Sequence record: NC_010106.1
Length of the DNA: 52,975 bases
Direction: 5' to 3' (one strand)
DNA from: Escherichia phage phiEcoM-GJ1
The notes beneath the pieces were generated by a model, which saw only the letters and a list, made by a program, of their open reading frames with translations, ran no database searches and was not told where the DNA came from. The position numbers were made by a program, and so were the translations under genes. Below, in pieces: positions 35,675 to 45,536 of this stretch; position 1 is the first letter of the stretch, and the number at the start of each line of letters is the position of its first letter.

Positions 35675-37123
35675 ATGGCAATTCCAATTTCCGATATCAT
35701 CCAGGTCAACATTGCGGTATCTCCTAACGCTGTTGCCGTGGAAGGTTTTGGTCCGCTCTTGTTCTTGAGCAAGCAGTTTGTTCCAGCACCAGGCGAACGT
35801 GTTCCTGTTCGCCAGTATTCCAGCATGGCTGCTGTTTCTGCCGATTTCCCATCTGGTGAAATCTACCAAGCTGCTTTGGCATGGTACTCTCAGAAACCGA
35901 CTCCGAAGTATTTCCTTGTGGGTGCTATCACTCATGAAGATGTTACTCCGGCAACTCCAGGCACTGTTACTGCATCTGCTGCCGCAACTCTGGAAACTAT
36001 CACTGCGCTGACTAATGGTGTGCTGTCTGTTAACGTTGACGGTATTGACCGCTCTACTGCGCCAATCAACTTCTCTTCGGCTTCCGACTTCGGTGCTGCT
36101 GCCTCTATGGCAAACGCTGCACTGGTTGCTGCGAACATTCCTGTAACCATGTCCCAGACTACAGGCACCTTTAAAGTTACTACCAACTCCACTGGCAGCA
36201 ACTCTATTATCGGTGATGTATACGGCTCTGCTGCCCCTGCATTCAAACTGTATTCTGCATCAAGTCCTGTATATGTTCAAGGCACTGATGAAGTGTCTAT
36301 TGGCACAGACCTCAACGCAATCTTGAACTCCACGTTCGACTTCTTCTTTGTTGCAATCGACCGCAAATATCGTGGCAGTGCTGAAGGTGACAACCAGATG
36401 ACTGTTGCCAAGTGGGCAGAAGCAAACGAGAAAGTGTTTGGTTGGGCTGACAACGATGCTCAAATTCTTGTTCCTGGTGCCGAGTCCAGCTTCAAGCGAG
36501 CTAAAGAACAAAACCTCCAGCGTACTTTGCTGGTGTATGATGCCTCTGACAATGGTGACGAGTATCCAGAGATTTCTATTCTGGGTCGTGCATCAACTGT
36601 CAACTTCAACGTTGCAAACTCCGCACTTGTCCTGGCATTCAAACAAGGTCCAGCTATTAAGACTGCTGACCTATCTCCGAACCAACTCGCTGCACTTGAG
36701 CGTGTAAATGGTAACGCATTCATCAACGTTGGTGGGAACACTATGTTCTACAACGGCAAGATGGCTGACGGTACTTGGTTCGATACCGTTCAGGGTGTAT
36801 CTTGGCTTACCTCCAAGATTCGTGCGAACGTATTCAACCTGTTCTACACCTCCACTACCAAGATTCCTTGGACTGATACTGGTGTGGCTCTGGTAAACCA
36901 ACAAGTAACTCTGGCTCTGGAACTGGCTGTGACCAATGGTCTGATTGCCCCAGGTTACGACAATGAAGGCACCTTCTATGCAGATGGCTACAAAGTCTTG
37001 TCTACCGACTTGGCTCTGATGCAATCTCAGAAAGGCGCTCGTATCTGGGAAGGTACTTCCTTCATTGCAATTGGCTCTGGCGCATTGCAGGGTGCAGTTA
37101 TCTCCGGCAACTTCGTTCAGTAA
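35675..37123 (+). CDS. tail sheath protein (putative)
   Basis: 482-aa ORF with host-optimal codons, immediately followed by a ~150-aa tube-like gene, a chaperone pair and the tape-measure-position gene. Confidence 0.55.
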   Translation: MAIPISDIIQVNIAVSPNAVAVEGFGPLLFLSKQFVPAPGERVPVRQYSSMAAVSADFPSGEIYQAALAWYSQKPTPKYFLVGAITHEDVTPATPGTVTASAAATLETITALTNGVLSVNVDGIDRSTAPINFSSASDFGAAASMANAALVAANIPVTMSQTTGTFKVTTNSTGSNSIIGDVYGSAAPAFKLYSASSPVYVQGTDEVSIGTDLNAILNSTFDFFFVAIDRKYRGSAEGDNQMTVAKWAEANEKVFGWADNDAQILVPGAESSFKRAKEQNLQRTLLVYDASDNGDEYPEISILGRASTVNFNVANSALVLAFKQGPAIKTADLSPNQLAALERVNGNAFINVGGNTMFYNGKMADGTWFDTVQGVSWLTSKIRANVFNLFYTSTTKIPWTDTGVALVNQQVTLALELAVTNGLIAPGYDNEGTFYADGYKVLSTDLALMQSQKGARIWEGTSFIAIGSGALQGAVISGNFVQ

Positions 37124-37135
37124 GGGGTGCGATAA

Positions 37136-37591
37136 GTGAAACAATATTCTTTCTATAATACCGACCTCATTATCGATGGTGCTCGTGTAGATGGTTTTAC
37201 TTCTGGTAATGCCATCATCACGGCTCGTCGTAACGCACCTCAACACCTGCCTGTTATTGATGCATATGGTAAGTTGGCTGTGGCTACCACGGCTGACCTG
37301 TCTGGTACGATTACTTTCCCGCTTCTGCAAACCGCAGATTGGAACGAAATCCTGTACAACCGTGCTCAGTTAACTCAGGCAACTGGCCTGTCTGGCAACA
37401 AGTCTCTGTGGCAACCGCTCCAGATTCAGATTGTTGACAAGATGGGTGATGTGCTGGTCAATGGTGTAAACGGCGCTATCTTGCAGCAACCTGCAATTCA
37501 GCGTGGCGTATCCTTCACGTCTAACGTGTGGGCTATCTTTGTAGAACGCCTCCAGATTAAGACTGGTTCTTATCCGGAAATTGGCGTTTAA
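37136..37591 (+). CDS. tail tube protein (putative)
   Basis: 151-aa ORF (GTG start after AAGGGG) between the sheath and chaperone genes. Confidence 0.5.
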   Translation: MKQYSFYNTDLIIDGARVDGFTSGNAIITARRNAPQHLPVIDAYGKLAVATTADLSGTITFPLLQTADWNEILYNRAQLTQATGLSGNKSLWQPLQIQIVDKMGDVLVNGVNGAILQQPAIQRGVSFTSNVWAIFVERLQIKTGSYPEIGV

Positions 37592-37603
37592 TTTGGAGTA
37601 AGT

Positions 37604-38062
37604 ATGGCTTGTGAATTGCTTCAACGTGAATTCACAAACTCCAAAGGCGAAACAGTGTTAGTCGTTGTTCGACAATTGTCGGCTTCGGCTGCACTGTCTC
37701 TTCACGCGGAGTTGGTAAGCAAGTTAGGCTCACGAGTATTTCCATTCATCGAAGGTAAATATAACTTCGCTGATATTATATACTTGATGCAGCAAGTAGA
37801 GCATACCGTATTCACAGAATTGTTTAAGCGTGTTATCAGCATGCACTCGTCCATAGACGGACAAGAAATCAAACCTGCATTATATGATATGCAGTTCAAT
37901 GGCGAATTGATGTTGTCTTGCCATGTCTTTGCTTTCGTGCTCGAAGCAAACTTCCTTGATTTTTTCAAGCAAGGGCTCGAAATCAACGAACAGAGACGAT
38001 TGGAGGCGGAGGAAGCATCCAAGCTGGCAGAGCAGAAGAATTCGAGTCCGGAGACAGTTTAG
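37604..38062 (+). CDS. tail assembly chaperone (G-like)
   Basis: 152-aa ORF upstream of the tape-measure-position gene; contains slippery heptamer T TTT TTC where the -1 frame opens. Confidence 0.55.
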   Translation: MACELLQREFTNSKGETVLVVVRQLSASAALSLHAELVSKLGSRVFPFIEGKYNFADIIYLMQQVEHTVFTELFKRVISMHSSIDGQEIKPALYDMQFNGELMLSCHVFAFVLEANFLDFFKQGLEINEQRRLEAEEASKLAEQKNSSPETV

Positions 38063-38238
38063 TATCCCTGTTCCCCGACATAAAATATTTTCTGCATCGT
38101 CCTATAATCGAAGACAGTTCTCTCTGCAAGTTACGTGAATTGCAGGATGGAACCTATTCGATTATGGACTTATTGCTATTCCACGACATTCTCGATTTGC
38201 GTAAGAAACTCGAACCAGTAGATGAAGACAATGGCTAA
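37960..38238 (+). other. -1 frame extension of the tail chaperone (GT-like frameshift product)
   Basis: The -1 frame opens at 37960 at the heptamer TTTTTTC (37960-37966) and runs to 38238, overlapping the next gene start by 17 nt. Confidence 0.5.
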
Positions 38239-41200
38239 TCAAAAAGATTTAATGAAGTTGAGCGTTAATGAGTTAATTGCATTAGGCTCTCAAAGCGGTC
38301 TGACTTTCCATGCTGGTATGAAGAAGTCGCACATGGTTCAACAACTTAGTGCGAGCGCTGCTTCGGGATGGCTGGATACAAATGCAGAATTAATGGGTGG
38401 GTCGTTTGAAGATGACAGTTTAATTACTGAATCTCTTGGCGACTCTTCCATGATTTCAGACGCTGCCCACATTGCACAAGTGCTTTCAAGTGCTGGCTAC
38501 ACAGAAGCATTTCATGCAGCAATGAATGGCCCAACACACCATGTAGAAGCTGTTCACGCATACATGGAAAGGCTTGGTGTCAACACAGATGATGTGTGGA
38601 TGCACATGCCAAAGCCAAATCCGAACTTACCGCAAGGTAGCTTCAACATGCTTAATGCGTACATGCGTGATACGCTGGCAGGTCATCAAGATATAATGCC
38701 GGAACTTCCTGGTCATTACACTGGTGACATTATGGGTGAATACTCTACAAACCGTGGAGATATTGCCAAATCTATGGGCTATCTTGCTCATATGTATGTT
38801 GACCGTCAACAATATGACGACCCAGACCGCTATGCACGAGATGTTTATCGTGTAGCCAAACGTTTAGAATCAGAATTGCCGCAAAACTTCCGTGAAGTTG
38901 CTGCTGTATCTGCAATGAATGTAGGTAATAAGTCGGGGCCAAGAGTTTCATACATGGATTCTCTCCCTCAACTTGGTTCCGAATCTATTGTTGGTGATAT
39001 TCAACATCCTCGCCAACCACTTAACGCATCTGGCCTACCTTTAGGCTCTATGGGTTCTGGCATTAAAGCTGAATATTCTTTATCTGCATCATTATCTGGC
39101 TCCCCAGGTTGGTCTGATGCAAGTAAATCTTTATATCAAGATGTATCTGGCGCAGTTAAATCTGCTGCTAAGGTATATGCTGGTGGTTCAGAACGAGGGA
39201 TGAACGCATATCGCACTCAATCTTCTGACCGAGATTTGATTCTTGATTCTGCATCTCGTTATACAGACCTTGCAGATGCTCGTTCTGGTTATGACAACCT
39301 AAAGAAAGATATTGGTGATGACCCTCGTTACTCTGGTGCATCTATTCGTGGCGTACTGGAAAATGCTCACCAATATAATGAAGCTGAAATCAGTAAGACT
39401 TTCGACCCTGCTGAACGTTTAAGAAATACTGGACCTACTGAACTTAGTACATCCAATGAGTTTACGGCAAATCTAAATGAACCGACAAGTTGGAACTCTG
39501 CAAGGGATAGAAGAGAGTCTATTGCTATTGCAAATCTCGATAGTGCTAGCGTTGGACAGCATAGTTCGGTTAAGTACCACGATGCGCTCGAACAAGGTAC
39601 GCAGGAGTGGCTTGATTTTCGTAAGCAGTATGATATTACTGGCTCTACTATTGGTGACTATCTGGGCCACAACCCCGCAACCAATAATAGCCCAATACAT
39701 ACAATGGGCGAAAAGATTGGCCTCACAGTAAGAAAGGATTCCCCACGAGCGCGCGAGAACTTTGAGCGTGGACATAGATTAGAGGCGTGGGCCAGACCCA
39801 GGGTAGGTGAACGATATGGGATTGAAATAACTGAAACTGGTGCAATCACAAACGACGACTATCCTGGCATGATGTACTCGCCTGATGGGCTAATTGGTGA
39901 TGATGCTTTGTGGGAACATAAAGCTCCAAATAACTTTAAAGATTTGGAAACAACTCCAAACTACATGGACCAGATGCAACTTGGTATGCATTTGAGTGGC
40001 CGTAGTCGCACACTGTTTACCCAAACTGTTGGCGAAGAGTCCAGAAGTCAGTGGGTTGAAGCCGACCCAACGTGGTTTGAACGTAACAAGAACAAGATTA
40101 TATCCTCTCAAGCACGCATGAATGCTGGACGCGAGTTTATGGAAAGCTCCGACCTTGAGGGAAAAGACCTTGTTAATGAAACCCGCAAAGTTATGTCTGG
40201 TGATGGAATTTGGGGCTACCAGACTCGTGACCACAGGGAAGGTGAGGGATATACTGCTGGCAAGCGCGGGATGGCTAAATATAGTGCTGCTGCTGGCACT
40301 GCTGCTGACCCGTTTATTGGCTCCCATTCTCCCTACAATCCAGAGGCATCTCGTTCAGGCTACCAACCAAACTTTGTAATGCACGAGCAAAACTTTCCAG
40401 CAACCACAGGAAATGGTGATACTGGAAATGACTCGATGGCATTGTCTGTTAAGAAAGGTATCCTTGCTGCTCAGGAAGAGAATAAGCAAAAGGGTATTGG
40501 TGCAGACGCAGACTTTGATGGCAAAGCTGATTCAATGGGTTGGAATCAGGAACGATTTGATGCTGCCAATGGTGGTGGAAGTGGTGGCGGCGGTGGTCGT
40601 GGCGGCTACTTCACAAGTGGTGGCAACTACTTCGATGACTACGGTCGTATGGGTGGTTCACTTGCTGCTGGCATTGCTGGTGGCAGTATTGGTTCGGCAA
40701 CCAACGGAGTTATGCAAGCATTGATGGCAACTCCTGCCGGACGTATGGCTGCTGTAGGCATTGGTGCTATTCAGATTGGCAATGAAGCTGCTGAATACAT
40801 GAATGACTTTATCGGCAACTCGCTTGATGCTGGTGTTATGAATCCTAATGAATATTCTTCCATGTCGCAAGGCTTGGAGATGTTAGGACTCAACTCACAA
40901 CAAGCGGCACGTATGAATCAAACCACACATAGTGCCTACAACACCATGCTTAACGGCGACCCCAGCGCCGCTGTGAACATCGTTCGCGGCAGTAGGGGAT
41001 TGCTCACCATAGGTGATATTCGCTCGACTGGCGGCGACCCTGTTGCCCTCGCTCGCATTATGCAGGAAAGAGGCAAGGAACGTGGCTGGAGTCAGGCCCG
41101 TATCGCTGGTGCTGCGCAGATGGCTGGGCTGGATGGTATGGCTCGTGCCTTCGACCGCACGGAATACAGCCATGAGCGAGCAGGTTCGGTGGTAGAAAGT

Positions 41201-41950
41201 GGTAGAAACTCTGACTTTGCCGAAGGTATGGCTCAATCAGAAATGTTGCAGGTGGAGCGCGCACAGCTTCTGCCAGGGTATAACGTGCCACAAAGTGTGC
41301 TATCTCATGGTGCTGCACTGTTCGAAGCTGGAAGCACTGCTGCTGGTGCTGCTAACTCTGGATACAGCCAAGCCCGACAAGTTGCTGCAAACGTTTATGA
41401 TTTCATTGCTGGTGAAGAGTCTGGTGGCAAGGAATACAACAAGGATGGTACACGAGTTACAAGCCCGACTGGTGCTCGTGGAATCATGCAGGTTCTTCCT
41501 TCTACTGCTCGTGACCCAGGTTACGGAATCAAACCTTCTGATGGAAGTCCTGAAGATGATGCTCGTGTCGGTCGTGAATACTACGATGCGATGTATAAAC
41601 GATTCGGTGGCGACCATGAGAAAGCAATGGCTGCTTACACGGATGGTGCTGGAACTGTTGACAAGGCTGTCGATAAGTTTGGAATGGATTGGCTCAGTGC
41701 TGTTCCGGCTCAGGCTCAGAAACGTGTTAAAGCATTCCGTGAATGGTCCAAATCTTCTCAATCTTTGGAAGAAGGTGCTACAGGGTTTACTCGCAATGGA
41801 ATGTCCTACGGTCAAACCCAAACTGTTGTCAATGTTAAGATTGATGCTAAGGTCAACAACCAGGTTGCTTCTGCTACAGTTGCAGTTCCTGGTGGCCAGA
41901 CTGTAACTCAACAAATGAACATGAACAACGGTGCACAACAAAGACGTTAA
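38222..41950 (+). CDS. large multidomain virion protein at the tape-measure position: HeH-like N-terminus, lambda-exonuclease/YqaJ-like PD-(D/E)XK nuclease domain, Gly-rich region, lytic transglycosylase (SLT) domain
   Basis: 1242 aa; N-terminal L..L.V.EL..L motif (Rho-N/HeH-like); residues ~440-640 contain QGTQEWLDFR...ITGSTIGDYLG and YSPDGLIGDDALWEHKAP...YMDQMQLGM, matching the lambda exonuclease/YqaJ active-site pattern; GGGSGGGGGRGG tract; C-terminal GEESGG...SPTGARGIMQV...AYTDGAG matches the SLT signature. Confidence 0.7.
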   Translation: MKTMANQKDLMKLSVNELIALGSQSGLTFHAGMKKSHMVQQLSASAASGWLDTNAELMGGSFEDDSLITESLGDSSMISDAAHIAQVLSSAGYTEAFHAAMNGPTHHVEAVHAYMERLGVNTDDVWMHMPKPNPNLPQGSFNMLNAYMRDTLAGHQDIMPELPGHYTGDIMGEYSTNRGDIAKSMGYLAHMYVDRQQYDDPDRYARDVYRVAKRLESELPQNFREVAAVSAMNVGNKSGPRVSYMDSLPQLGSESIVGDIQHPRQPLNASGLPLGSMGSGIKAEYSLSASLSGSPGWSDASKSLYQDVSGAVKSAAKVYAGGSERGMNAYRTQSSDRDLILDSASRYTDLADARSGYDNLKKDIGDDPRYSGASIRGVLENAHQYNEAEISKTFDPAERLRNTGPTELSTSNEFTANLNEPTSWNSARDRRESIAIANLDSASVGQHSSVKYHDALEQGTQEWLDFRKQYDITGSTIGDYLGHNPATNNSPIHTMGEKIGLTVRKDSPRARENFERGHRLEAWARPRVGERYGIEITETGAITNDDYPGMMYSPDGLIGDDALWEHKAPNNFKDLETTPNYMDQMQLGMHLSGRSRTLFTQTVGEESRSQWVEADPTWFERNKNKIISSQARMNAGREFMESSDLEGKDLVNETRKVMSGDGIWGYQTRDHREGEGYTAGKRGMAKYSAAAGTAADPFIGSHSPYNPEASRSGYQPNFVMHEQNFPATTGNGDTGNDSMALSVKKGILAAQEENKQKGIGADADFDGKADSMGWNQERFDAANGGGSGGGGGRGGYFTSGGNYFDDYGRMGGSLAAGIAGGSIGSATNGVMQALMATPAGRMAAVGIGAIQIGNEAAEYMNDFIGNSLDAGVMNPNEYSSMSQGLEMLGLNSQQAARMNQTTHSAYNTMLNGDPSAAVNIVRGSRGLLTIGDIRSTGGDPVALARIMQERGKERGWSQARIAGAAQMAGLDGMARAFDRTEYSHERAGSVVESGRNSDFAEGMAQSEMLQVERAQLLPGYNVPQSVLSHGAALFEAGSTAAGAANSGYSQARQVAANVYDFIAGEESGGKEYNKDGTRVTSPTGARGIMQVLPSTARDPGYGIKPSDGSPEDDARVGREYYDAMYKRFGGDHEKAMAAYTDGAGTVDKAVDKFGMDWLSAVPAQAQKRVKAFREWSKSSQSLEEGATGFTRNGMSYGQTQTVVNVKIDAKVNNQVASATVAVPGGQTVTQQMNMNNGAQQRR

Positions 41951-41955
41951 CGAGT

Positions 41956-41980
41956 TGGGGAGAAATCCCCAGCTTACTTT
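41956..41980 (+). terminator. intrinsic terminator after the tape-measure-position gene
   Basis: TGGGGA-GAAA-TCCCCA hairpin followed by GCTTACTTT. Confidence 0.55.
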
Positions 41981-41981
41981 A

Positions 41982-42002
41982 ACATTAGTTGAATATGTAT
42001 TA
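41982..42002 (+). promoter_or_regulatory. conserved motif copy AACATTAGTTGAATATGTA
   Basis: Only copy in the late region; 40 bp upstream of the first baseplate gene, directly after a terminator. Confidence 0.4.
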
Positions 42003-42022
42003 ATTTCAATAGGTATATTGCA

Positions 42023-43132
42023 ATGCCGTGGCTACGCAGAGTTGAAGTAATAGTTTCACGTAAAGAAGACCCGAGTATTCGAACAACATTTAAATCACAT
42101 CGTATTGATTTTGAAGTTCGTTCTACTGTTGGGTGGCCCGCCGATACAGCAAACATAACTCTGTTTAACTTGTCATTAGAAGAAGTTAAGTTCCTCCAAG
42201 ACAAGTCCTACGGAGATATGTATATTGAAATTCGTGCAGGGTATGCAGAAGATGAACGTTCCGATTCTAGTGGCGGAACTTCTAGTGGTGGTGTTAAGAA
42301 GTTTGGTCAAAAGGCTGAACAGAGCGACCGCGTAACAGTGTCCACCTCACTGCCAACCATCTTCTCTGGCATTATCACAAACGCAGTTGGCTACAGAAAG
42401 CCTCCTGAACATGTAACACAATTGTTCTGTATTTCCAAGGCATATGGTGCATCAACTGATTTCAAACAGCTGACTGCAATCAAGCCTGGAACCAAGCTAA
42501 TTGATGCAATGCGCTCAATGTGTTCTGACTATGGATTCAATACCATCTCTACATTTGGCGTTGAAGATTCAGTCCTTGAAACAGTAATGCCTCGTGGGCG
42601 TGTGTTTCACGACACATTCTTGAATGAATTTCGTAACATGCTTGGCGAATATAATTTGCTATACACTGTTACAACTGGTGAAGTTCAAATATTCCCAGAC
42701 ACCTTTGGTGATAAAGATGCAGTAAACAGAATGTCCAAAGACAGGGAGCCAGTTAAGCTGGATGCCAACTCAGTCATTGGGAATCCTGTTGCTGGAATCT
42801 GCACCTACACTTTAAACACATTCCTAAACCCATCTTTCCAACCAGGGATGATTCTTGATGTATCTCCTCTGCTTGGAGACGAGCTGCTTGCCAATGGTGT
42901 GACCTCCGTTTCTGGGGAGGGTATTGTTCTTAACACAGACCAGTCCGTATTCCGATGGGCTGTTGAAGACAAATACTTCATCATGGAAGTTGTGCATAAA
43001 GGTTCGACTCACTCAACCATTTATCAAACATCAATCACTGCAATATTGGGTGGCAATACAATGATGGGTGGTAAGGAAGCTGCGTGGCAGGAAATGTATG
43101 CTAACAGTGGAATGGCAATGGAGTCATTTTAA
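42023..43132 (+). CDS. baseplate/tail protein (putative)
   Basis: 369-aa ORF first after the tape-measure-position gene; assigned by position. Confidence 0.5.
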   Translation: MPWLRRVEVIVSRKEDPSIRTTFKSHRIDFEVRSTVGWPADTANITLFNLSLEEVKFLQDKSYGDMYIEIRAGYAEDERSDSSGGTSSGGVKKFGQKAEQSDRVTVSTSLPTIFSGIITNAVGYRKPPEHVTQLFCISKAYGASTDFKQLTAIKPGTKLIDAMRSMCSDYGFNTISTFGVEDSVLETVMPRGRVFHDTFLNEFRNMLGEYNLLYTVTTGEVQIFPDTFGDKDAVNRMSKDREPVKLDANSVIGNPVAGICTYTLNTFLNPSFQPGMILDVSPLLGDELLANGVTSVSGEGIVLNTDQSVFRWAVEDKYFIMEVVHKGSTHSTIYQTSITAILGGNTMMGGKEAAWQEMYANSGMAMESF

Positions 43133-44019
43133 TGTCTATCTTTGATACCGACCTCATTGGTGGTGTGTCCTCAGGCTTGAAGAATTTCAGCTATGGGCAT
43201 CATCCATCTATTGTTATGTGGTCCAATGGACCTGCATCTCAGAAAGAAGAGGAATCTGGACTGTTTGGTGGATTTGCGAAATCGCTTGAGAGCTTGCCTG
43301 TTGTTGGTGAAGCTGCCACCGAAAGTTTTAACTCTTTTAAATTTGATGCAATGGTTAGTGAAGAGCATGCGTCTGAAACAACTGTAACCAAGTTCCCTGT
43401 TAGTTCTGGCTTCATGGTTAGTGACCATGTTATTAATCAGAACAGGGTGCTTAAGCTGACTGCCGTTGCTGTCAACATGCAGAACTCCTCCATGTGGTCT
43501 GCATCTGTGCAAGGCTTATCTGTTGCTTCTGGCGCAATCTTCAATAGCCCAATCATCCCAATCCTTGGTGGAATTGCTGGTGGCGTTGCTTCTGCATTTG
43601 AAACAAGCAACCGAATCCAGTCTACCTACGATTTGTTTAACAGCTTCCGTGTTACGGGGCAGAAGTTATACATTTCCACCATTCTGGGACCTTATTTGAA
43701 TTGTGTAGTAACCTCAATCAAAACCAAACACGATAAGATGACTTCTGCAATGTTGTCGGTTGAAATCTTGTTTGAAGAATTACAGACAGTAGGTGAAGAT
43801 GTTCTTGCCAGCGAAGCTCGTAAGGCAATGGAATCAATGTCTGACTATTCTGAATTTGCGAAGGTTGCTCAAAGTTTGGGGATGGGTGTTCTTGGAGGTG
43901 TTCCACTTCCAGGGCTTGGTGCTCTTGGCACTCCTCCAACCAAACAGTTATCCAACTTGAAAGGTAAGTTGAGTAAACTTGCTTCTCCACTTTCTTCTAT
44001 CAAGGGACGTATCCTATGA
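43132..44019 (+). CDS. baseplate/tail protein (putative)
   Basis: 295-aa ORF, translationally coupled. Confidence 0.5.
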   Translation: MSIFDTDLIGGVSSGLKNFSYGHHPSIVMWSNGPASQKEEESGLFGGFAKSLESLPVVGEAATESFNSFKFDAMVSEEHASETTVTKFPVSSGFMVSDHVINQNRVLKLTAVAVNMQNSSMWSASVQGLSVASGAIFNSPIIPILGGIAGGVASAFETSNRIQSTYDLFNSFRVTGQKLYISTILGPYLNCVVTSIKTKHDKMTSAMLSVEILFEELQTVGEDVLASEARKAMESMSDYSEFAKVAQSLGMGVLGGVPLPGLGALGTPPTKQLSNLKGKLSKLASPLSSIKGRIL

Positions 44020-44378
44020 TTGAGCAGGAACATCAAGCTCTAAAACAGATTGCTGAACTTCTGCCTACCGGATATGTGAAGAGTGTTCCTTACAATATAA
44101 GTAAGGATGTTTCGTTTGAGTTTAATGGTGTGACAGTTAAAATGTCTGCACTGTATTTAAACGAATACTTAAACTGCTACATGTTTGACTTGGCTTGGGG
44201 AGCAACGGATAAGATATTCGGCATCCCAATTCGGTGCGGAATTAATATCCTTAAGCAGTACAAAACTCCGCTGCCAAACATGTATGCAGCTAACACAGTA
44301 TTCCCTGGTGAAGAAGTAACAAGCTACAGACAACTCTACCTGTTCATTATTGACGAGAGTGTACTTGAACGTGGCTAG
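44016..44378 (+). CDS. baseplate protein (putative)
   Basis: 120-aa ORF, translationally coupled. Confidence 0.5.
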   Translation: MIEQEHQALKQIAELLPTGYVKSVPYNISKDVSFEFNGVTVKMSALYLNEYLNCYMFDLAWGATDKIFGIPIRCGINILKQYKTPLPNMYAANTVFPGEEVTSYRQLYLFIIDESVLERG

Positions 44379-45165
44379 TCATAACAATAACCAAAATGCT
44401 CCTGACATTAACACAAGTTATCCAGGACATATCTACAACTTCGATGATGTAACGCAGACTTGCGAAGTCCAGCTTGCAATCGAAAACCTGTTTGTGGGTT
44501 ATGCCGAAGCCTATACCTTGCAGCCGAAACAAAGGTTGCAGGGTGTCCCTGTACAGTTTATTCAGGGTGGTGGCTGGAGCTTAACCCACCCTGTTCCCGA
44601 TGGTACTCCGTGTTATGTTCATTTCTCACAACGAGGAATAGACCACTGGTTGTCCCAGAACAAAGACAGCGCAGGCTTAATAAATGGGCGTCCTGCCCCT
44701 GAGTTTAGCCAATTGTTCTCCCACAACGCTGCTGTATGCACTATCGGGACTCAACCTTTGACCAAAGTTATTCCAGGATTTAATGGTGGAGTAGCAGAGC
44801 TGCGCAATGCAGACAGAAGCCAGAGATTGACACTGCACGGTGACGGTTTAATTGAAATCATTACTGGCGCTGCGAAGATTCAAATCACAAAAGATTCGGA
44901 GATTCTTGTTGAAGTTACGTCGCAAGCTACAGTTAAAGCGCCGCAGATTACATTGGATGGCGACACGACCGTTACAAAATCCTTAACAGTGATGGGTGGC
45001 ATGGCTGTATCTGGCACTAAAGATGGCTCTACTGCGACGTTCACTGGCAACTTTAAGATGGATGGTAACATGGTTCAAACTGGTTCCCTCACTCTTAATG
45101 GTATTAAGGTTGACGGTCACACTCACACTAACCCAGAAGGCGGCGATGTTGGGCCGATGAAATAA
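44359..45165 (+). CDS. baseplate spike protein (gpV/Mu gp45-like, putative)
   Basis: About 270-aa ORF; C-terminal beta-rich region with GHTHTNPEGG His-containing apex-like motif; GTG/TTG start. Confidence 0.5.
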   Translation: MYLNVASHNNNQNAPDINTSYPGHIYNFDDVTQTCEVQLAIENLFVGYAEAYTLQPKQRLQGVPVQFIQGGGWSLTHPVPDGTPCYVHFSQRGIDHWLSQNKDSAGLINGRPAPEFSQLFSHNAAVCTIGTQPLTKVIPGFNGGVAELRNADRSQRLTLHGDGLIEIITGAAKIQITKDSEILVEVTSQATVKAPQITLDGDTTVTKSLTVMGGMAVSGTKDGSTATFTGNFKMDGNMVQTGSLTLNGIKVDGHTHTNPEGGDVGPMK

Positions 45166-45536
45166 TGGCTGGAAATTTAGCTCTTGATTCAAACCACGAC
45201 ATTATTATTGGGCGTGGAACAACTCGTATTTCAGGTGCGGCTCAAGTTGCTCAGTTGGTTAAGTGTCGGTTGTTGACAATCTTCGGAGAATGGAAGCTCG
45301 ACAATTCGTTGGGCTTACCGTGGTTCGAAGCCATCTTCACCAAGCAAGTTCGACCATCGGATATTGAAGCTGCCATAGCAAACATTATCCGTGGAACTGC
45401 TGGGGTCCAACAACTTATCTCAATTGAGATTGATGCAGACTACCGAGCCAGAAGCCTTGGAATCTCCTTTACTGCATTGTCTGATTATGGCGACATTACG
45501 GAATTCTTAACATGGCAACAATCCAATACGGCGTAA
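45165..45536 (+). CDS. baseplate protein (gpW/gp25-like, putative)
   Basis: 123-aa ORF preceding a J-like gene; typical size and position. Confidence 0.5.
   Translation: MAGNLALDSNHDIIIGRGTTRISGAAQVAQLVKCRLLTIFGEWKLDNSLGLPWFEAIFTKQVRPSDIEAAIANIIRGTAGVQQLISIEIDADYRARSLGISFTALSDYGDITEFLTWQQSNTA

Noticed and set aside
40540-40700. Gly-codon-rich repetitive DNA considered as a possible CRISPR-like or tandem-repeat array
   Set aside because: It lies in-frame within the 1242-aa ORF and encodes a Gly-rich linker; no repeat-spacer periodicity. No CRISPR array was seen anywhere in the window.
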